Shown: piece after piece, positions 15,005 through 24,627 of the stretch
How positions within the stretch are numbered: position 1 is the stretch's first letter
Layout: each line of letters starts with the position of its first letter
NCBI GenBank assembly: GCA_934167135.1
Contig: CAKPKI010000001.1
Location: forward strand, 1 to 51,042
DNA: 51,042 nt
Reading direction: 5' to 3'
From: an uncultured Clostridia bacterium
GTDB lineage: Bacteria; Bacillota; Clostridia; TANB77; CAG-508
The notes under the pieces: generated by a model
What the model was told of the DNA's origin: nothing
What the model saw: only the letters and a program-made list of their open reading frames with translations
Databases searched by the model: none
Program-made: the position numbers and the translations under genes

Positions 15005-15569
15005 ATATATCATGTGTTACCATTAAAGCAGTAATATTTTCAGCTTTTAGAATCTTAAAAATATCTTCAGTAACCATTAATCTTGTTTGATAATCTAAAG
15101 CAGAAAATGCTTCATCAAGCAATAAAATTTTAGGACGAATTGCAAGAGTTCGTATTAATGCAACCCTTTGTCTCATTCCTCCAGACAATTGAGTTGGATA
15201 TTTATCTTTAAATTCATAAAGCCCATATTTTTTTAGCAATTCTTCCACATATTTTCTATTCTCTTGCGTATTCTCTTTTTGAATTTCCAATCCCAATAAT
15301 ACATTTTTATATATTGTTCTCCATTCTAAAAGATTATCTTTTTGTAACATATATCCTATTTTTCCATCTATGTAAATTTCTCCTGATGTTTTATTTTCTA
15401 GCCCTGATATTATTGACAATAATGTAGATTTTCCACAACCACTTGGTCCTATTATACTTATATATTCTCCTTCTTTTATATCAAAGCTGATATTCTTCAA
15501 CGCTTCTATTTCTCCATTTTGAGATTGATATGTTTTACAAATATTTTTTACTTCTAATATTTTTTTCAT
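14999..15569 (-). pseudogene. 5' fragment of the split ABC transporter ATP-binding gene (NitT/TauT-like)
   Basis: Walker A GPSGCGKST, Q-loop, signature LSGGMRQR, Walker B ILLLDEAFSALD and H-loop MVTHDISE. The frame then runs into element DNA (GRLQSRQYAR*). The start is at the ATG after GGAGGTATTGACT. Confidence 0.85.
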
Positions 15570-15632
15570 AGTCAATACCTCCATGTATATATCTTATGAA
15601 AAAAATAAGAATACGCCACATATAATACAATT

Positions 15633-15657
15633 TCCCCATCCAATTATTGGATGGGGA
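15633..15657 (-). terminator. Hairpin after the 141-aa ORF
   Basis: CCCCATCCAA-TTAT-TTGGATGGGG palindrome. The U-run on the minus strand is weak. Confidence 0.4.
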
Positions 15658-15683
15658 AAAGATTTTATTAAATGTTATTCTTT

Positions 15684-16106
15684 TTATATTGTTACTTTTT
15701 TAAGTTTAAATTTTCTATAGTAAGCCTTTATTTGACCTTGAAACAGTCCTCCAGTTGTATCTCTATCAGTCCCTTCATCAAATAAAACATATACATGATT
15801 TTTGTATTTGAATACATCATTATACGAATAGTTTTTACGTAAGTCAGCAAATCCTTCTTTGGATAATTCGGCATATCTAGCATACCAGTGGCCCGTTGTC
15901 TTGTATTCATATGAAAATTGCGGATTTATATTAGTGTAATAAATGAGTGTTGCCTCTTCGGCTTCTTCATCCATCTCCATCTCGCTCAATAAATCTTCAA
16001 TTTTTGACAACTTATTGTTTCTTATTGTCTCCCGTTCCTCATATTCCTTGTCAACTTCTTCCTTTAATTCTCTCAGCTCTGCATTTGATAATCCTTTTAC
16101 GTACAT
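15684..16106 (-). CDS. Hypothetical protein (141 aa)
   Basis: ORF with AAAGGAGCG before the internal ATG (MYVKGLSNAEL...). It has an acidic coiled-coil N-terminus and I recognise no family. Confidence 0.5.
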   Translation of the reverse strand: MYVKGLSNAELRELKEEVDKEYEERETIRNNKLSKIEDLLSEMEMDEEAEEATLIYYTNINPQFSYEYKTTGHWYARYAELSKEGFADLRKNYSYNDVFKYKNHVYVLFDEGTDRDTTGGLFQGQIKAYYRKFKLKKVTI

Positions 16107-16239
16107 ATTTTTCGCTCCTTTCAAAAAAACATTTAATAAAATCCCAAATTTTGCATACATATATTTATTGTATGCTACTCTATCCTCCTTTTTCTAAATT
16201 GCCTTAATCATAACATATTTTACGTAAAATTGCAAGTAT

Positions 16240-18126
16240 TTATTTTGATATTAAATTACAAACTAAATTACTAATTTCTGTTGGATTTTCAATAGGTAAG
16301 CCTTCAATCAATCTAGCTTGAGCATATAGAACTTTTGTATATTCTTTTAGATCGTCTTTATTATTCACATATAAGTCTTTAATCTTTTGAGCAATTGGAT
16401 GGTTTTCATTAATCTCTAAAATAGTTTGAGCCTTGATTTTTTCTTCATTATTAGGCATAGAATTAATAACTTTTTCCATCTTAACTGAAATTGCTCCTTC
16501 ACTTGTTAAACATACTGGATGATTTTTTAATTTATGTGTATATCTTACTTTGTCAACTTCTTCTCCTACCGCTTCTTTCATAAGTTCAAACATATCTTTG
16601 TTTTCATCATTTACTTTTTGAAGTTCTTCTTTTTCTTCTTTTGTTTCTAAATCAATATCATCTGCACATACATTTGCAAATTTCTTTTCTTTATATTCTT
16701 GTAATACCTGTATTACAAACTCATCAACATTTTCAGTTAAATACAATATTTCATATCCTTTATCTTTTACACCTTCAACTTGTGGCAACATATCAATTTT
16801 GTCAATAGATTCACCTGATGCATAATAAATAGTTGCTTGCCCTTCTTTTATTCTAGAAACATATTCATCTAATGTTACAAGTTTCTTTTCTGATGAAGAG
16901 TAGAACATTAATAAATCTTTTAATTTGTCTTTGTCCATTCCATAATTGTTATATGTTCCATACTTTAATTGAATGCCAAATGTATTGAAAAATTTTTCAT
17001 ATTCTTCTCTCTCATTTTTTAACATATTTTGTAGCTCTGATTTTATTTTGTTTTCAAGGTTTTTGGCTATAATTCTTAATTGTCTATCATGTTGTAACAT
17101 TTCTCTTGATATATTCAATGATAAGTCTGGACTATCTACTAATCCTTTTATAAATCCAAAATAATCAGGTAATAATTCGCTACATCTATCCATTATAAGT
17201 ACACCATTTGAATATAATTGTAAACCTTTTTCATATTCTTGTGAATAATAATCATATGGTAAATGTGATGGTATATATAGTAATGCATTATATGTGAATT
17301 GACCTTCTACTGATGAATGAATTACTTTTAATGGTGGCATGAAATCGTTGAATTTTTCTGTATAGAAACTATTATATTCTTCTTTTGTTACTTTGCTTTT
17401 TTCTTTTTTCCAGATTGGAATCATACTATTTATAGTTTCAGTTGCTATATGTGTTTCATATTCATTTTCTGTTCCTTCTTTTTTGTGTTGATGTTCTACA
17501 TCCATCTTTATTGGATATCTGATATAATCTGAATATCTTTTTATTAGCCCTTGTATTTTGTATTGGTCTAAGAATTCACTATATTTTTCGTCTTCATTAT
17601 CTTCTTTTATGTGCAATGTTATTGTTGTCCCAATCTCTTCTTTTTCACATGGTTCTATTGTGTATCCTTCTGCACCTGTTGATTCCCATCTATGTGCTTG
17701 AGCTTCATCAACTGACTTACTTTCAACAGTTACTTTGTCACTTACCATAAATGCAGAATAAAACCCAACCCCAAATTGGCCTATTATATCAATGTCTTCC
17801 TTTTTCTCATTTGCTTCTTTAAATGCTAATGAACCACTTTGAGCAATTGTTCCTAAATTGTTTTCAAGTTCTTGTTCTGTCATTCCACATCCATTGTCTT
17901 TTATTATTATTTTACGATTTTCCTTGTCAACCTCTATTTTTATTTCTAATTTTGATGTGTCTATATTCAAGTTTTTGTCTGTTAATGAACGATATGCTAG
18001 TTTGTCTATTGCATCACTTGCATTTGAAATTAGTTCTCTTAAAAATATTTCTTTGTTTGTATAAATTGAATTTATCATTAAATCTAGTAGTCTTTTTGAC
18101 TCTGCTTTAAATTGTTTTGTTTCCAT
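16240..18126 (-). CDS. htpG: Molecular chaperone HtpG (Hsp90 family)
   Basis: [51 protein letters not shown] and a length of 628 aa. Confidence 0.95.
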   Translation of the reverse strand: METKQFKAESKRLLDLMINSIYTNKEIFLRELISNASDAIDKLAYRSLTDKNLNIDTSKLEIKIEVDKENRKIIIKDNGCGMTEQELENNLGTIAQSGSLAFKEANEKKEDIDIIGQFGVGFYSAFMVSDKVTVESKSVDEAQAHRWESTGAEGYTIEPCEKEEIGTTITLHIKEDNEDEKYSEFLDQYKIQGLIKRYSDYIRYPIKMDVEHQHKKEGTENEYETHIATETINSMIPIWKKEKSKVTKEEYNSFYTEKFNDFMPPLKVIHSSVEGQFTYNALLYIPSHLPYDYYSQEYEKGLQLYSNGVLIMDRCSELLPDYFGFIKGLVDSPDLSLNISREMLQHDRQLRIIAKNLENKIKSELQNMLKNEREEYEKFFNTFGIQLKYGTYNNYGMDKDKLKDLLMFYSSSEKKLVTLDEYVSRIKEGQATIYYASGESIDKIDMLPQVEGVKDKGYEILYLTENVDEFVIQVLQEYKEKKFANVCADDIDLETKEEKEELQKVNDENKDMFELMKEAVGEEVDKVRYTHKLKNHPVCLTSEGAISVKMEKVINSMPNNEEKIKAQTILEINENHPIAQKIKDLYVNNKDDLKEYTKVLYAQARLIEGLPIENPTEISNLVCNLISK

Positions 18127-18218
18127 ATTAAAACACTCTCCTTTGATATTGCTATTATATATCTATATTTTAGCAATGTCAATAAGAGAGTGCTAGTTTT
18201 CACAAATTTTTCACAATT

Positions 18219-19553
18219 TTATAATCCCATAATAACTGTCGCAATATTAAAATACACTAATACAGAAAGAATATCAACAATAGTAGTAATTAATGGTGCT
18301 GCCATAATTGCAGGGTCTAATTTTAGTTTTTTTGCAAGTAAAGGCAATAAGCATCCAATTGACTTAGATAATATAACTGTAGTAGTTATACTTAGACCTA
18401 CTGTACATGCTAATTGTAAGTTTTTATATTGAGCAAAAATTCTTAAGCCATTAATAGTTGCTAATGATATTCCTACTATAACAGCTATTCTTATTTCTTT
18501 CCATAAAATTTTGAATACATCTTTTACTTCAAGTTCATCTGTTGCAAGACCACGAATTATAAGTGTTGAGCTTTGTGAACCACAATTTCCACCTGTATCC
18601 ATTAGCATTGGTAAAAATGCTACTAATAATGGAACTGCAGCAAATGCATTTTCATAATTTGTTATAATTGTTCCAGTTATTGCTGATGAAAGCATTAATA
18701 TTAATAACCATACAATTCTGTTTTTAGCATGTTTGAATACTGATGTTTCAAAATAGCTTTCTTCTGTTGGAGCCATAGCAGCCATTTTTTCAAAATCTTC
18801 CTCTGCTTCATCTTGTAATACATTAATAGCATCATCTACTGTTACTATACCTACTAATCTATTTTCATTGTCAACTACAGGTAATGCATATAAATCATAT
18901 TTATCAAATTTTTTTGCAACTTCTTCTTGATCTTCTAATGTGTTTACAGATATTATATTTGTTTCCATATTATCAGAAATCAATGTGTCTTCTTTTGACA
19001 ATAATAATTCTTTTATACTTATAATTCCTTGTAATTTCCTATTTTCATCTAATACATAACAAGTATATATTGTTTCTGAATCTGTTCCTATTTGGCGTAT
19101 TCTATCTAATGCTTGTTCTATTGTCATATTTTCCTTTAAATCTATAAACTCTGTTGTCATGATACTTCCAGCACTATCATCAGGATATTTTAATAGCTCA
19201 TTGATTATTTTTCTGTCATTTTTATCTACATTTCTTAAAATTCTTGTTACAACATTTGATGGCATTTCTTCTATTAAGTCTACTGTATCATCCATAAATA
19301 ATTCATCTAATATATTTTTTAACTCTGTATCTGTCAAGTCTTTTATTAATTTTTCTCTCATGTCTGTTTCCATATAAGAAAATGCCATACCGGCTTTTTC
19401 TTTTGATAGCAATCTAAAAAGAATAACAGCTTGTTCTTTGTCTAATTCATCTAATATCTCTGATATATCAGCACTTTTCATTTCTTTAAGTTCTTTTTTT
19501 AGTTGTGTAAATTGCTTATTTTCAATTAATTCTTTTATTTCTTCTATATTCAT
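18219..19553 (-). CDS. mgtE: Magnesium transporter MgtE (copy 1)
   Basis: MgtE N-domain, two CBS modules and a TM domain with GGNCGSQSSTLIIRGLA and LDPAIMAAPLITT. The start is at the ATG 7 nt after GGAGG. Confidence 0.9.
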   Translation of the reverse strand: MNIEEIKELIENKQFTQLKKELKEMKSADISEILDELDKEQAVILFRLLSKEKAGMAFSYMETDMREKLIKDLTDTELKNILDELFMDDTVDLIEEMPSNVVTRILRNVDKNDRKIINELLKYPDDSAGSIMTTEFIDLKENMTIEQALDRIRQIGTDSETIYTCYVLDENRKLQGIISIKELLLSKEDTLISDNMETNIISVNTLEDQEEVAKKFDKYDLYALPVVDNENRLVGIVTVDDAINVLQDEAEEDFEKMAAMAPTEESYFETSVFKHAKNRIVWLLILMLSSAITGTIITNYENAFAAVPLLVAFLPMLMDTGGNCGSQSSTLIIRGLATDELEVKDVFKILWKEIRIAVIVGISLATINGLRIFAQYKNLQLACTVGLSITTTVILSKSIGCLLPLLAKKLKLDPAIMAAPLITTIVDILSVLVYFNIATVIMGL

Positions 19554-19568
19554 TTTCACCCCTCCTTG

Positions 19569-20906
19569 CTAAAGTCCCATAACATGTGTTGCAACTTGGA
19601 AATAAACCAATATTGAACACACATCAACAACTGTTGTAATTAATGGTGCTGCCATAATTGCAGGGTCTAATTTTAATCTTTTAGCAAGTAGTGGTAATGT
19701 ACAACCTATTATTTTAGATACAAGTACTGTTGCTATTAATGTAATATTTAAAACAATTGCAAGTTGCATATTTTGATATTGAATCATTATTCTTATCATG
19801 TTTACAATTGCTAAAGCAATACCAACAACTATTGCCACTCTGATTTCTTTCCAAAGTACCCTAAATATGTCTTTTAATTTTATTTCATCTGTGGCAAGTC
19901 CACGGATTATAAGTGTTGAACTTTGTGAACCGCAATTTCCACCTGTTCCCATTATCATAGGAATAAACGCTACTAATATTGGTACTACAGCAAACGCATC
20001 TTCATATTTGGTTAATATGTTTCCTGTAAATGCTGATGATAACATTAATATCAATAGCCATAATATTCTGCTTTTTGCATGTTTAAATACTGATGTCTGA
20101 AAATATCCTTCTTCTGTTGGTGTTATAGCTGCCATCTTTTCAAAATCTTCTTCTACTTCATCTTGTAATACATTTATAGCATCATCTATTGTTATTATTC
20201 CAACTAGTCTATTTTCATGATCTACAACTGGTAGTGCATAATAGTCATATTTATCAAATTTTTTTGCAACTTCTTCTTGATCTTCTAATGTTTTTACAGA
20301 TATTATATTTGTTTCCATTAGAGTTCCTATCTTTGTTTCCTTTTTACTTAATAGAATGTCTTTTATATTTATAATACCTTTTAATATTCTTTCTGTGTTT
20401 AATACATAACAAGTATATATTGTTTCAGAATCTATTCCAATTTTTCTAACTCTTTTTAGTGCTTCTTCTGCTGTCATGTCTTCTTTTAAATCTATAAATT
20501 CTGTTGTCATTATGCTTCCTGCACTATCTTCTGGATATTTTAATAATTCATTGATTACCTTTCTGTCTTCATGTGGAATTGCCTTTAGTATTTTAGGAAT
20601 TATATTTGATGGCATTTCTTCTATTAAGTCTACTGTATCATCCATGAATAATTCATCTAATACATTTTTTAATTCTGTGTCTGTTAAATCTTGTATTAAT
20701 TTTTCTCTCATGTCTGATTCCATATGTGAAAATGTTTCTCCTGCTTTTTCTTTTTTTAATAGTCTAAATACTATTATTACACTTTCTTTGTTATCTAGTT
20801 CATCCAATATTTCTGATATATCTGCACTATTCATTTCTTCTAATTTACTTTTTAACATTGTAAATTTTTTGTTTTCTACTAATTCTTTTATTTCTTCTAT
20901 TTCCAT
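19569..20906 (-). CDS. mgtE: Magnesium transporter MgtE (copy 2, tandem paralog)
   Basis: Same architecture and motifs as copy 1. The start is at the ATG after AGGGGGAAAG (MEIEEIKELVENK). Confidence 0.9.
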   Translation of the reverse strand: MEIEEIKELVENKKFTMLKSKLEEMNSADISEILDELDNKESVIIVFRLLKKEKAGETFSHMESDMREKLIQDLTDTELKNVLDELFMDDTVDLIEEMPSNIIPKILKAIPHEDRKVINELLKYPEDSAGSIMTTEFIDLKEDMTAEEALKRVRKIGIDSETIYTCYVLNTERILKGIINIKDILLSKKETKIGTLMETNIISVKTLEDQEEVAKKFDKYDYYALPVVDHENRLVGIITIDDAINVLQDEVEEDFEKMAAITPTEEGYFQTSVFKHAKSRILWLLILMLSSAFTGNILTKYEDAFAVVPILVAFIPMIMGTGGNCGSQSSTLIIRGLATDEIKLKDIFRVLWKEIRVAIVVGIALAIVNMIRIMIQYQNMQLAIVLNITLIATVLVSKIIGCTLPLLAKRLKLDPAIMAAPLITTVVDVCSILVYFQVATHVMGL

Positions 20907-20968
20907 TTCTTTCCCCCTATCTATTTGAATAATTAAGAAATGGATTAAAAAATAATGTATCAAAAAAT

Positions 20969-21050
20969 GAGTAAAGAACTTTTCCTCACTTTATGATATA
21001 TCATAATTTTATCCATTTTCAGTTTTGGATTTTCTCGCGGTTCTTCACTC
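20969..21050 (-). promoter_or_regulatory. Structured leader / terminator-like element between tyrS and the mgtE pair
   Basis: On the minus strand, GAGTGAAGAAC ... GTTCTTTACTC (10 of 11 positions pair, one G-T mismatch) encloses about 60 nt. The enclosed region includes a perfect TTATGATATATCATAA palindrome, and the stem is followed by ATTTTTT. The decamer GTGAGGAAAA occurs twice. Confidence 0.35.
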
Positions 21051-21083
21051 ATTTTCCTCACACTCCTTTTATTTTATTATACT

Positions 21084-22307
21084 TTATTTTCTGCCTATAT
21101 AGTAGTTTTTCTTTCCTCTTTTTATAATTATATATGTATTATCTATAAACATATCATCTGTTATTGTTGTTGCTATATCTGTGACTTTTTCCCCATTTAT
21201 TGAGATTGCTCCACTTTGCGTAAATTCTCTTGCTTCTCTTTTGCTAGAAGCGGTTCCAATTTTAACTAGCATATCAATAATTCCTATATTACTTTCTACT
21301 TCTTTAATATCTTGTTCATCAAATAGGTCTGTAATATCTTGTTTTGTTAGGTTTTTGAATTCATTATTAAATAAATTTTGTGCTAACTTTTCTGCTCTTT
21401 CGTATTCTTCTTTTCCATGTAAAAATGTAATAATTTCCCTTGCTAGTGCTTTGTGTGCTTCTCTTAATTCTGGATGCTCTGCATTTTTCTTTGCATATTC
21501 TTCAATTTCTTCTTTTGATAAGAATGTATAGATTTTTAAGTAATCTATTACCATACTATCTTCTACATTTATAAAGAATTGATATAGTTTATAACTTGAT
21601 GTTTTGTTTTTATCTAACCATAGTGCATTTCCTTCACTTTTTCCGAATTTTTTTCCTTGTGAATCTGTAACTAATGGCATTGTAAATCCATATACTTCAT
21701 CTCCTGTTGACCTTCTTATTAAGTCTATTCCAGCTGTTATATTTCCCCATTGGTCAGAGCCAGCACATTGCAAGTCTACTCCTTTAACTTCATGTAAATG
21801 CTTAAAGTCTAATGCTTGTAATATCATATATGAAAATTCTGTATATGTAATTCCTGATTCTAGTCTTCTTCTTATTATGTCTTTGTCTAACATGTAATTT
21901 ATATTAAAATATTTTCCATAATCTCTTAAAAAATCTATTATATTTATATCTTGATACCAATCATTATTGTTTACAACTTCAAACCCAAATATTTTTTCTA
22001 CTTGTGCTTTTAAACTCTCAAAGTTGTGTTTTACTTGTTCTTTACTTATCATTGCTCTTTCTGTTGTAGGTCTTGGATCACCTATCATTCCTGTTCCTCC
22101 ACCTACTAAAAGTATCGGATTATGACCCGCTTCTTTTAACCTTTTTGATATTAAAAAACTTGATAAATGTCCAACATGTAAGCTATCTGCTGTTGGATCT
22201 GTTCCTATATAAAATGTTAGTCCTCCTTGGTTTAATTTTTTTTCTAATTCTGGACTTGATATATCTTTTATTAATCCTCTCCATTTTAATTCTTCCACTA
22301 ATGTCAT
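21084..22307 (-). CDS. tyrS: Tyrosyl-tRNA synthetase
   Basis: TDPTADSLHVGHL (HIGH motif), KFGKSEG (KMSKS motif) and a C-terminal S4-like domain. The start is at the ATG after GAAAGGAGC. Confidence 0.92.
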   Translation of the reverse strand: MTLVEELKWRGLIKDISSPELEKKLNQGGLTFYIGTDPTADSLHVGHLSSFLISKRLKEAGHNPILLVGGGTGMIGDPRPTTERAMISKEQVKHNFESLKAQVEKIFGFEVVNNNDWYQDINIIDFLRDYGKYFNINYMLDKDIIRRRLESGITYTEFSYMILQALDFKHLHEVKGVDLQCAGSDQWGNITAGIDLIRRSTGDEVYGFTMPLVTDSQGKKFGKSEGNALWLDKNKTSSYKLYQFFINVEDSMVIDYLKIYTFLSKEEIEEYAKKNAEHPELREAHKALAREIITFLHGKEEYERAEKLAQNLFNNEFKNLTKQDITDLFDEQDIKEVESNIGIIDMLVKIGTASSKREAREFTQSGAISINGEKVTDIATTITDDMFIDNTYIIIKRGKKNYYIGRK

Positions 22308-22344
22308 TGGTAGTGCTCCTTTCAAATTCGCTTAATTCTATTAT

Positions 22345-22373
22345 ATTATACCATATTTGTACTTTTTTGACAA
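22345..22373 (-). promoter_or_regulatory. Candidate sigma-A promoter of tyrS
   Basis: On the minus strand: TTGTCA, 17 nt, TATAAT, with a TG-extended -10. Confidence 0.45.
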
Positions 22374-22417
22374 TTATTTTTTTTATTTAAAAAGCAAAAA
22401 GTCGTTACTATATAATG

Positions 22418-22659
22418 GGTTTGATAAAATTTTTAAAAGAAATCCTTTGAAATATAAGCTTTGAATGAAATGACGAATGTGCATGGAAAAATTTTAGAAA
22501 TTCTATGCAGTTTTATGGTAAGAGTTCACGATAGTGGAAAGGACCCATAAAACAAATTAGAAGTTCTTAAATTTTGTAATAAACCGAGGAATGTAATAAA
22601 AAGCTTATATTTCAAAGGATTTCTTTGTATTATTTTAAAATAAACCGTTAACCAGTAAC
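22418..22659 (-). repeat. Copy B of the nested-palindrome repeat (inverted relative to copy A)
   Basis: Base-by-base comparison shows near identity to the reverse complement of 10967-11207, including the asymmetric centre TAAGAGTTCACGATAGTGGAAAGGAC. Confidence 0.85.
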
Positions 22660-22702
22660 AAAAAGTCTAGCATTTTACATATAAGCTAGACTTTTATTCA
22701 CA

Positions 22703-23134
22703 TTATTTTTGTTTTTCCTCCAGTTCCTTTATTTCTTCATACATCTCTTTTACTTTTCTTTTTTTATAATCACTTCCATTTCTATATGTAACACATTCTT
22801 CTAAAAAGCCTTCTGCATTCCAAATTATCTTCCGCTTACATACATCATAATCTTCATTATTTTCATCAAAATTTATCTGTTCTAACTCTTTTATAAGTTC
22901 TTTTATATGACTGTACCGCCATTCTATATCTCCAAAATTCATTATATCTAGGTATAGTATTATTGCTATAATAGATACTTCTAATACTAATAGCATATAA
23001 ATTTGAGCTAAAAAGACTAATCCTCCTGGAAATAATGATGGTCCTTTAATGATATAAATTCTAGTACAAATGATAGTTGCTACTGCTGTTACAAGGAACA
23101 TAATCATAATTGCTTTTTTCGTTTTAGCTAACAT
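22703..23134 (-). CDS. Small membrane protein, paralog 1 (2 TM plus a charged helical C-terminus)
   Basis: ORF. Paralogous to 23288-23764 (MLAKTKKAIMIMFLVT... against MMAKMERAIKLVFLVT...), with a shared EEC..Y motif. The start could alternatively be the GTG at 23140. Confidence 0.55.
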   Translation of the reverse strand: MLAKTKKAIMIMFLVTAVATIICTRIYIIKGPSLFPGGLVFLAQIYMLLVLEVSIIAIILYLDIMNFGDIEWRYSHIKELIKELEQINFDENNEDYDVCKRKIIWNAEGFLEECVTYRNGSDYKKRKVKEMYEEIKELEEKQK

Positions 23135-23287
23135 GGCCACTTTTTCCTCCTAAAATATTAATTTTAAAAAGCTTTTTTACAAAATAATGTTTTTGATTAA
23201 TTTCTATAAAGATTTTTTTCTATAGTGTAAAAAACAAAAGTCCAGTTTTTATAAACCAGACTCTCGTTCTCTGTTAGTAACCAAATA

Positions 23288-23764
23288 CTATTCGGTTACT
23301 ACATTTGGCATATTATTATTTTCTTCTTTTTTTGTTTCATCTAAAATATTTTTGATATTTGATGACATCCTTTGCACTTCTTTATGTTTGTATTTTCTGT
23401 CTCTTTCGTATGAATTACATTCTTCCATAAATTCTTCAGATTTTTTTATTATTTTCTGATTAAATACCGCCTTTTGGTATTTATTATTTTGTCTTTCATA
23501 TAGTATATCCGATTTTATATTTCGGATTTCCTTTATGTTTTCATACTTAGATTTTAATTCCTTAAAATCTTGTATATCCATATATTTTGCAATGCAGAAA
23601 ATCAACAATTCCACAATCACAAATAAATATGCAACTGAAAGGAACTTCATTCCTTCAAGAAATACCAAACTTCCTTGAACAATATATTCCTTTGTTAAGA
23701 AAAAAGTAATAATTACAGTTACCAAAAAAACCAACTTGATTGCTCTTTCCATTTTAGCCATCAT
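23288..23764 (-). CDS. Small membrane protein, paralog 2
   Basis: ORF with GGAGG 8 nt upstream. The two paralogs share an identical leader, TAAAATTAATATTTTAGGAGGAAAAG. Confidence 0.55.
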   Translation of the reverse strand: MMAKMERAIKLVFLVTVIITFFLTKEYIVQGSLVFLEGMKFLSVAYLFVIVELLIFCIAKYMDIQDFKELKSKYENIKEIRNIKSDILYERQNNKYQKAVFNQKIIKKSEEFMEECNSYERDRKYKHKEVQRMSSNIKNILDETKKEENNNMPNVVTE

Positions 23765-23891
23765 AGCCTTTTCCTCCTAAAATATTAATTTTACTTTGAG
23801 CACTCCTCATTCTGAAAAACGGAGTTGTTACTTGGTTACATAAATTATTATACCATACATTTTATTACATTTCAAGTAAAAATTAAATTTT

Positions 23892-24614
23892 TTATTTCAA
23901 TTCTTTCAATGCCTTTTCTGTAATCTTTTCTTTATCAAAAAATCTCGCTAAAAATATAATTAAAAATGTAAATGTAAATGTAATTAAATAAACCAAAATA
24001 CTTATTTTCCAATTTCCTTTAGAAAAATATTGTCCAACTATACTTGATGATATAATAGATGGAAATCTACAAAATGTTGCAATAAATATAAACTTTAATG
24101 GTTTTATTGGAAACAACGCTCCCAAATATGTTAATAAATCTTTCGGTGTTCCCACAACTGCAAAACATATTGCAAAAATATATTCAATATTTTTAGGATT
24201 TTGAAACACCTTACTATTTTCTATTTTACTTATTTTTTCTTCTCCAAAAGAATCATATATAAATTCTTTTCCAAATTTTCTAACTAACCAAAAAATTATT
24301 GTTGTTGTTAATGCTACAGAGAAAAATATAAATAATGTTCCACCAACAGCTCCGTAACACATTCCAGCTAAAATCTCCAAAGGCTCTCCTGGTAATACAA
24401 CTAAAAATATTTGTGCAAATTGCAATCCTAATAGTGCCAGAAATCCATATATTCCTGAATTATTTACTTTCTCTTTAAATGCAATTTGACCTTCATATGT
24501 TGAAAGATTTTTCATTACAGGAAATAAGTATATTGTCATTCCTATCATAGCAATTATAGTTAGTATGAGCATAATAATTTTTATTACCTTTATTTTTTTA
24601 TTTTTTTCTTTCAT
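23892..24614 (-). CDS. TVP38/TMEM64 (DedA-related) family membrane protein
   Basis: Multi-TM protein with a VLPGEPLEILAGMCYG motif typical of the SNARE-associated/TVP38 family. Confidence 0.65.
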   Translation of the reverse strand: MKEKNKKIKVIKIIMLILTIIAMIGMTIYLFPVMKNLSTYEGQIAFKEKVNNSGIYGFLALLGLQFAQIFLVVLPGEPLEILAGMCYGAVGGTLFIFFSVALTTTIIFWLVRKFGKEFIYDSFGEEKISKIENSKVFQNPKNIEYIFAICFAVVGTPKDLLTYLGALFPIKPLKFIFIATFCRFPSIISSSIVGQYFSKGNWKISILVYLITFTFTFLIIFLARFFDKEKITEKALKELK

Positions 24615-24627
24615 TTCTAGTCCCTTC

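Noticed and set aside
15728-15910. 60-aa ORF nested inside 15684-16106
   Set aside because: It lies in an alternative frame of a longer ORF on the same strand and has no RBS.
20907-21083. M-box (Mg2+) riboswitch call
   Set aside because: A structure is present, but I could not align it to the M-box consensus from memory and it appears too short. It is reported only as an unassigned structured leader.
22308-22700. Possible T-box leader for tyrS (and 6183-6279 for the metG-like gene)
   Set aside because: There is no T-box consensus sequence and no specifier/antiterminator architecture. The leaders are too short, and the longer upstream region is occupied by repeat copy B.
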